Below, one piece after another: positions 61,232-64,000 of a DNA stretch of 64,000 nucleotides. The notes beneath the pieces are model-generated. The model saw only the letters and a program-made list of their open reading frames with translations. It was not told the origin of the DNA and made no database searches. Numbering within the stretch: the stretch's first letter is position 1; every line of letters starts with the position of its first letter. The position numbers were made by a program, and so were the translations under genes. Source of the stretch: Candidatus Buchananbacteria bacterium (lineage in GTDB: Bacteria > Patescibacteriota > Patescibacteriia > Buchananbacterales > UBA6539); assembly GCA_013359225.1 (NCBI GenBank), contig JABWCG010000001.1, forward strand, positions 360,021-424,020, given 5' to 3'.

Positions 61232-61294
61232 TTACCTCGACTCCGGCGAGTTTATTTGATGATGATTAAATTTTTGATTTATTACTGCAACCAT
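61232..61294 (-). CDS. Putative his leader peptide (20 aa, tandem His)
   Basis: MVAVINQKFNHHQINSPESR; ATG immediately follows the trpR-like stop; lies just upstream of the terminator and hisI. Confidence 0.65.
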   Translation of the reverse strand: MVAVINQKFNHHQINSPESR

Positions 61295-61588
61295 TTATTT
61301 ATCAATCCTTTTTAGGGCAAGATTATAGCCTCCCTCGCCGCGGTACAGCCAATGGGCCACGCGCGCTACTGTCGTAGTGCTTAAACCGGTTTGTCGCGCT
61401 ACTTCGCGGTATGACTTGTTTTGATTAAGTAACCGTACTGCCTGCCACCGTTTTGAAAATTCAGTGATTTCTTCAATCGTCAATAAATCGCGAAAAAACC
61501 GTCGGCAATCTTGAGTGGTTTTCAGACTTAAAATAGCACGATATAGCGCGTCAATCTGACTATGGTGCCCCTGGTGAGTTCCTTTCAT
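61295..61588 (-). CDS. TrpR-like repressor (YerC/YecD family)
   Basis: LYRAILSL..CRRFFRDLLT..E, RWQAVRLL, SYREVA..TGLSTTTVARVAHWL..GEGGY. Confidence 0.92.
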   Translation of the reverse strand: MKGTHQGHHSQIDALYRAILSLKTTQDCRRFFRDLLTIEEITEFSKRWQAVRLLNQNKSYREVARQTGLSTTTVARVAHWLYRGEGGYNLALKRIDK

Positions 61589-61607
61589 ATTAGTGGTGAT
61601 TAGTTCT

Positions 61608-61660
61608 GTATTACTGTATTAATATATTAATACAGTAGCATAAGACAAAAAAACTGTCAA
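61608..61660 (-). promoter_or_regulatory. Promoter with overlapping TrpR-type palindromic operator
   Basis: - strand TTGACA (61660-61655), 17 bp, TGn-TACTGT (61637-61632); perfect 26-bp palindrome TACTGTATTAATATATTAATACAGTA (61612-61637). Confidence 0.78.
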
Positions 61661-61680
61661 GCGGGCGCCTTATTTAATAA

Positions 61681-61714
61681 TCATAAAACCCGAAACATGT
61701 TTCGGGTTTTATGA
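61681..61714 (-). terminator. Terminator hairpin after gap and the Cys-rich peptide
   Basis: Perfect palindrome TCATAAAACCCGAAACATGTTTCGGGTTTTATGA. Confidence 0.7.
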
Positions 61715-61720
61715 TATTTT

Positions 61721-61837
61721 TTAATTACAGTCGCAAGTACAGCCCGGTTCGTGATCACAGCAATTTTTGCAAACGTCGCTCTGACAGCTGCAACGGATAT
61801 CATTGGTGATTTCCTCACCGCAATGTTGACACTCCAT
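61721..61837 (-). CDS. Metallothionein-like Cys-rich peptide (38 aa, 10 Cys)
   Basis: MECQHCGEEITNDIRCSCQSDVCKNCCDHEPGCTCDCN; lies between the gap stop and the terminator. Confidence 0.8.
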   Translation of the reverse strand: MECQHCGEEITNDIRCSCQSDVCKNCCDHEPGCTCDCN

Positions 61838-61863
61838 ACTTTACTTTTTTATTTTTTATTTAA

Positions 61864-62886
61864 TTATTTTATTAGTTTACCAATTTGTCCGGCGATGTCA
61901 ATAAGTCTGGTGCTATATCCCCATTCATTATCATACCACGCTAAAATTTTTACCATATTACCGCCAACCACCCTCGTAAATTCCAAGTCCACAATTGAAG
62001 AATACGGACTTTTTACAAAGTCTGAAGAAACTAAAGGTTTGTCGGAAACCGCCAAAACATTTTTGAAGGCCGGATTTTTGACAGCTTGTTTAAACTCGTC
62101 ATTAATTTCCTCAACAGTAACTGTCTTTTTCTTTAATACTGCCGTAATATCAGACACTGATCCGGTAATCACCGGCACCCGCAACGCAATACCGTCAAAC
62201 AAATTATTTAAGCTCTTGACTACCTTCGTGGTCGCAATCGCCGCGCCGGTTGAAGTAGGGATAATGTTTTGTGCCGCTGCGCGCGCTCGACGCAAATCTT
62301 TACTGGGGCCATCAACTAAATTCTGGGTTGAAGTATATGCATGCACAGTAGTCATCATGGCCTTTTCAATACCAAACTTTGATTCTAAAACCTGCATCAC
62401 TGGCGAAATACAGTTGGTAGTGCAAGATGCCATGGAAACAATTTTTTCGTGCTTGCCGGTTTTAACCCGCTCATTTGAATCTTTGGTTCCCAAAACCATT
62501 GTTTGGGTTTCATCTTTAGCTGGCGCAGAAATTACCACTCGCTTGGCTCCGGCACGCAAATGAGCCGATGCAGCTTCAGTGGTTTTAAATATACCGGTAC
62601 ACTCTAAAACGACATCAACCCGATGGGCTGCCCATGGTAACTGTGAAGGGTCTTTCTGATTAAACACCGGGTACAATCTACCATCAACCTTAATACCTTC
62701 TTTAGTGCCCTGAATTACTCCCGGCTGCTCGCCGTAGACAGTATCATATTTCAATAAATGAGCTAAAGTCTTATTGTCCATTAGATCATTGATGGCGACA
62801 ACCTCAATGTCCTTTCGCGTCAATGCGATTTTAAATGCAGCCCGGCCAATTCGGCCAAAACCATTAATAGCTATTCGTGTTGGCAT
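61864..62886 (-). CDS. gap: Glyceraldehyde-3-phosphate dehydrogenase (type I)
   Basis: INGFGRIGR, ASCTTNC, IIPTSTGAA, WYDNEWGY. Confidence 0.98.
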   Translation of the reverse strand: MPTRIAINGFGRIGRAAFKIALTRKDIEVVAINDLMDNKTLAHLLKYDTVYGEQPGVIQGTKEGIKVDGRLYPVFNQKDPSQLPWAAHRVDVVLECTGIFKTTEAASAHLRAGAKRVVISAPAKDETQTMVLGTKDSNERVKTGKHEKIVSMASCTTNCISPVMQVLESKFGIEKAMMTTVHAYTSTQNLVDGPSKDLRRARAAAQNIIPTSTGAAIATTKVVKSLNNLFDGIALRVPVITGSVSDITAVLKKKTVTVEEINDEFKQAVKNPAFKNVLAVSDKPLVSSDFVKSPYSSIVDLEFTRVVGGNMVKILAWYDNEWGYSTRLIDIAGQIGKLIK

Positions 62887-62967
62887 ATGGAAAAAAATTA
62901 GTAGTAATTAGTTACAGTATATCACAAACAAAAAAACCGCCCAAGGCGGGCGGCCTTTTAAATTCGC

Positions 62968-63819
62968 TTAGGGTTGCAAAATCGTTTCTGTTTCACCATC
63001 AATAGATATCACCACCTGTTTAACCGTATCAAACTGCTTTAGAGTCTCAGTAATCTGCGATCTAATCGCCGTCACCCGGCACGATCCGCCGACACCTGCC
63101 TGCAATGCCTGATCAAAATCAACATTCAGGACGCCGTCTTTTAGTTCAATCTTTTGGACTTTAACGTCTTCGGGCAGGCTGTCTACAAATCCATTTTTCA
63201 TTTCTTCTTCGGTTGTACCGGCTAAAAGCTGGTCAAGGGCTCCGGCAATCGGATTAACGTCAAATTGAATTTCCCGAACAGTCGGATATACCTTTGAACA
63301 ATCTTTTACTTCCGGGTCCTCTTTAATATTAGTAAAAAAAACTTTCACTGTCGGATTTTTATAATCGGCAAATACAATCGGCAGCTTAATCACATTTTGT
63401 ACCGATCCGTCATCCTTATTAACACTAAAAACTTCCAGCCAACCCCGAGGAGATGTCGGGGTGCCAAATGCCAATTCAGCGGAGAAAGAACCAAACGACA
63501 CCTCACTGTTATTAACCGTAATAGTGGTGGTGGCCATTGGATTATTAAGCGCATTTAATAGCCTTACTTGAATCTCCCCCAGACTGGCTACTGCCCGGCC
63601 TTGAATCATCAACGGGCTAGTAACCTGATCAAAGCTTAACGGCTTGTTAACTATAATATTACTGTCTAAAACCGCAACTTCACCCGGCTGCACGCTTGAA
63701 TTGGTGACCGCTGCATTATTTTGATTTATGTCTGTTTTCGATTGGCGAAAACAACCGGAAACAAAAAACGAACTAAACAAAATCAGGCCTAAGAAAAAAA
63801 TCCTTTTATGATGAAGCAT
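62968..63819 (-). CDS. Lipoprotein with Gmad2 Ig-like and GerMN domains
   Basis: Lipobox VSGC; VTSPLMIQGRA (Gmad2-like); GGSCRVTAIRSQITETLKQF..V..VVISIDG (GerMN). Confidence 0.85.
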   Translation of the reverse strand: MLHHKRIFFLGLILFSSFFVSGCFRQSKTDINQNNAAVTNSSVQPGEVAVLDSNIIVNKPLSFDQVTSPLMIQGRAVASLGEIQVRLLNALNNPMATTTITVNNSEVSFGSFSAELAFGTPTSPRGWLEVFSVNKDDGSVQNVIKLPIVFADYKNPTVKVFFTNIKEDPEVKDCSKVYPTVREIQFDVNPIAGALDQLLAGTTEEEMKNGFVDSLPEDVKVQKIELKDGVLNVDFDQALQAGVGGSCRVTAIRSQITETLKQFDTVKQVVISIDGETETILQP

Positions 63820-63830
63820 ATATCAATAAA

Positions 63831-64000
63831 TTATTGACTAATGACTTTGAGTTCAAAACTCTTTTTTGCTTCAAGTGGCTTAGTTGGCATAACATAGCTG
63901 AATTGCAGTTGAGTTTCTCCTGCCTCTTGAACCTTAAGCCACCACTCATCAGTGAACTTTCCGCCCAAAACATTCGGGTCGTCAATACCAACAACTTTGT
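63831..64000 (-). CDS. 3' end of a gene running off the window; chagasin/I42 protease-inhibitor-like domain
   Basis: Frame ...VLGGKFTDEWWLKVQEAGETQLQFSYVMP...FELKVISQ* resembles the I42 pattern GG..W.F...G...L.F.Y..P; incomplete. Confidence 0.5.
   Translation of the reverse strand, partial: KVVGIDDPNVLGGKFTDEWWLKVQEAGETQLQFSYVMPTKPLEAKKSFELKVISQ

Noticed and set aside
61751-62563. 270-aa + strand ORF
   Set aside because: Antisense shadow of gap; it also overlaps the Cys-rich peptide gene.
63806-63994. 62-aa - strand ORF from the track
   Set aside because: A different frame, open to the window edge and stopping at 63831, looks like the real gene end.

Overview
Bacterial chromosome segment using genetic code 11. 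Gene content and style suggest a Patescibacteria/CPR (Parcubacteria-like) genome; this is inference from the two mreB paralogs, tandem gpmI, many GT2s and CPR-type hypothetical proteins. The left 27 kb is mostly on the + strand: an ECF sigma/anti-sigma pair, an ArsR-led oxidative/metal stress operon (metallothionein-like peptide, glutaredoxin, SOD, TPP decarboxylase, aldehyde dehydrogenase, Bcp), envelope glycosylation genes, fmt/def, gltX and sdpRI. The right 37 kb is almost entirely on the - strand: ftsQ, ddl, serS, lysS, greA, mreBCD-mrdA, proS, rseP, frr, holB, a second mreB, GT2s and lower glycolysis (gap, pgk, eno, 2x gpmI). A GC-richer trpR-like/hisI/hisG/thrC block lies between gap and pgk. 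Features missed by the ORF track: (1) two unrelated Cys/His-rich metallothionein-like peptides; (2) a His-His leader peptide with attenuator plus a TrpR-type palindromic operator controlling a two-enzyme his fragment; (3) a structured ~200-nt RNA carrying up to 13-nt complements of the 16S rRNA 3' end; (4) a putative ECF-dependent sRNA carrying an anti-SD sequence; (5) many apparently leaderless housekeeping mRNAs; (6) an 11-6-11 dif-like palindrome at the strand switch. I saw no tRNA, rRNA, CRISPR array or transposase.
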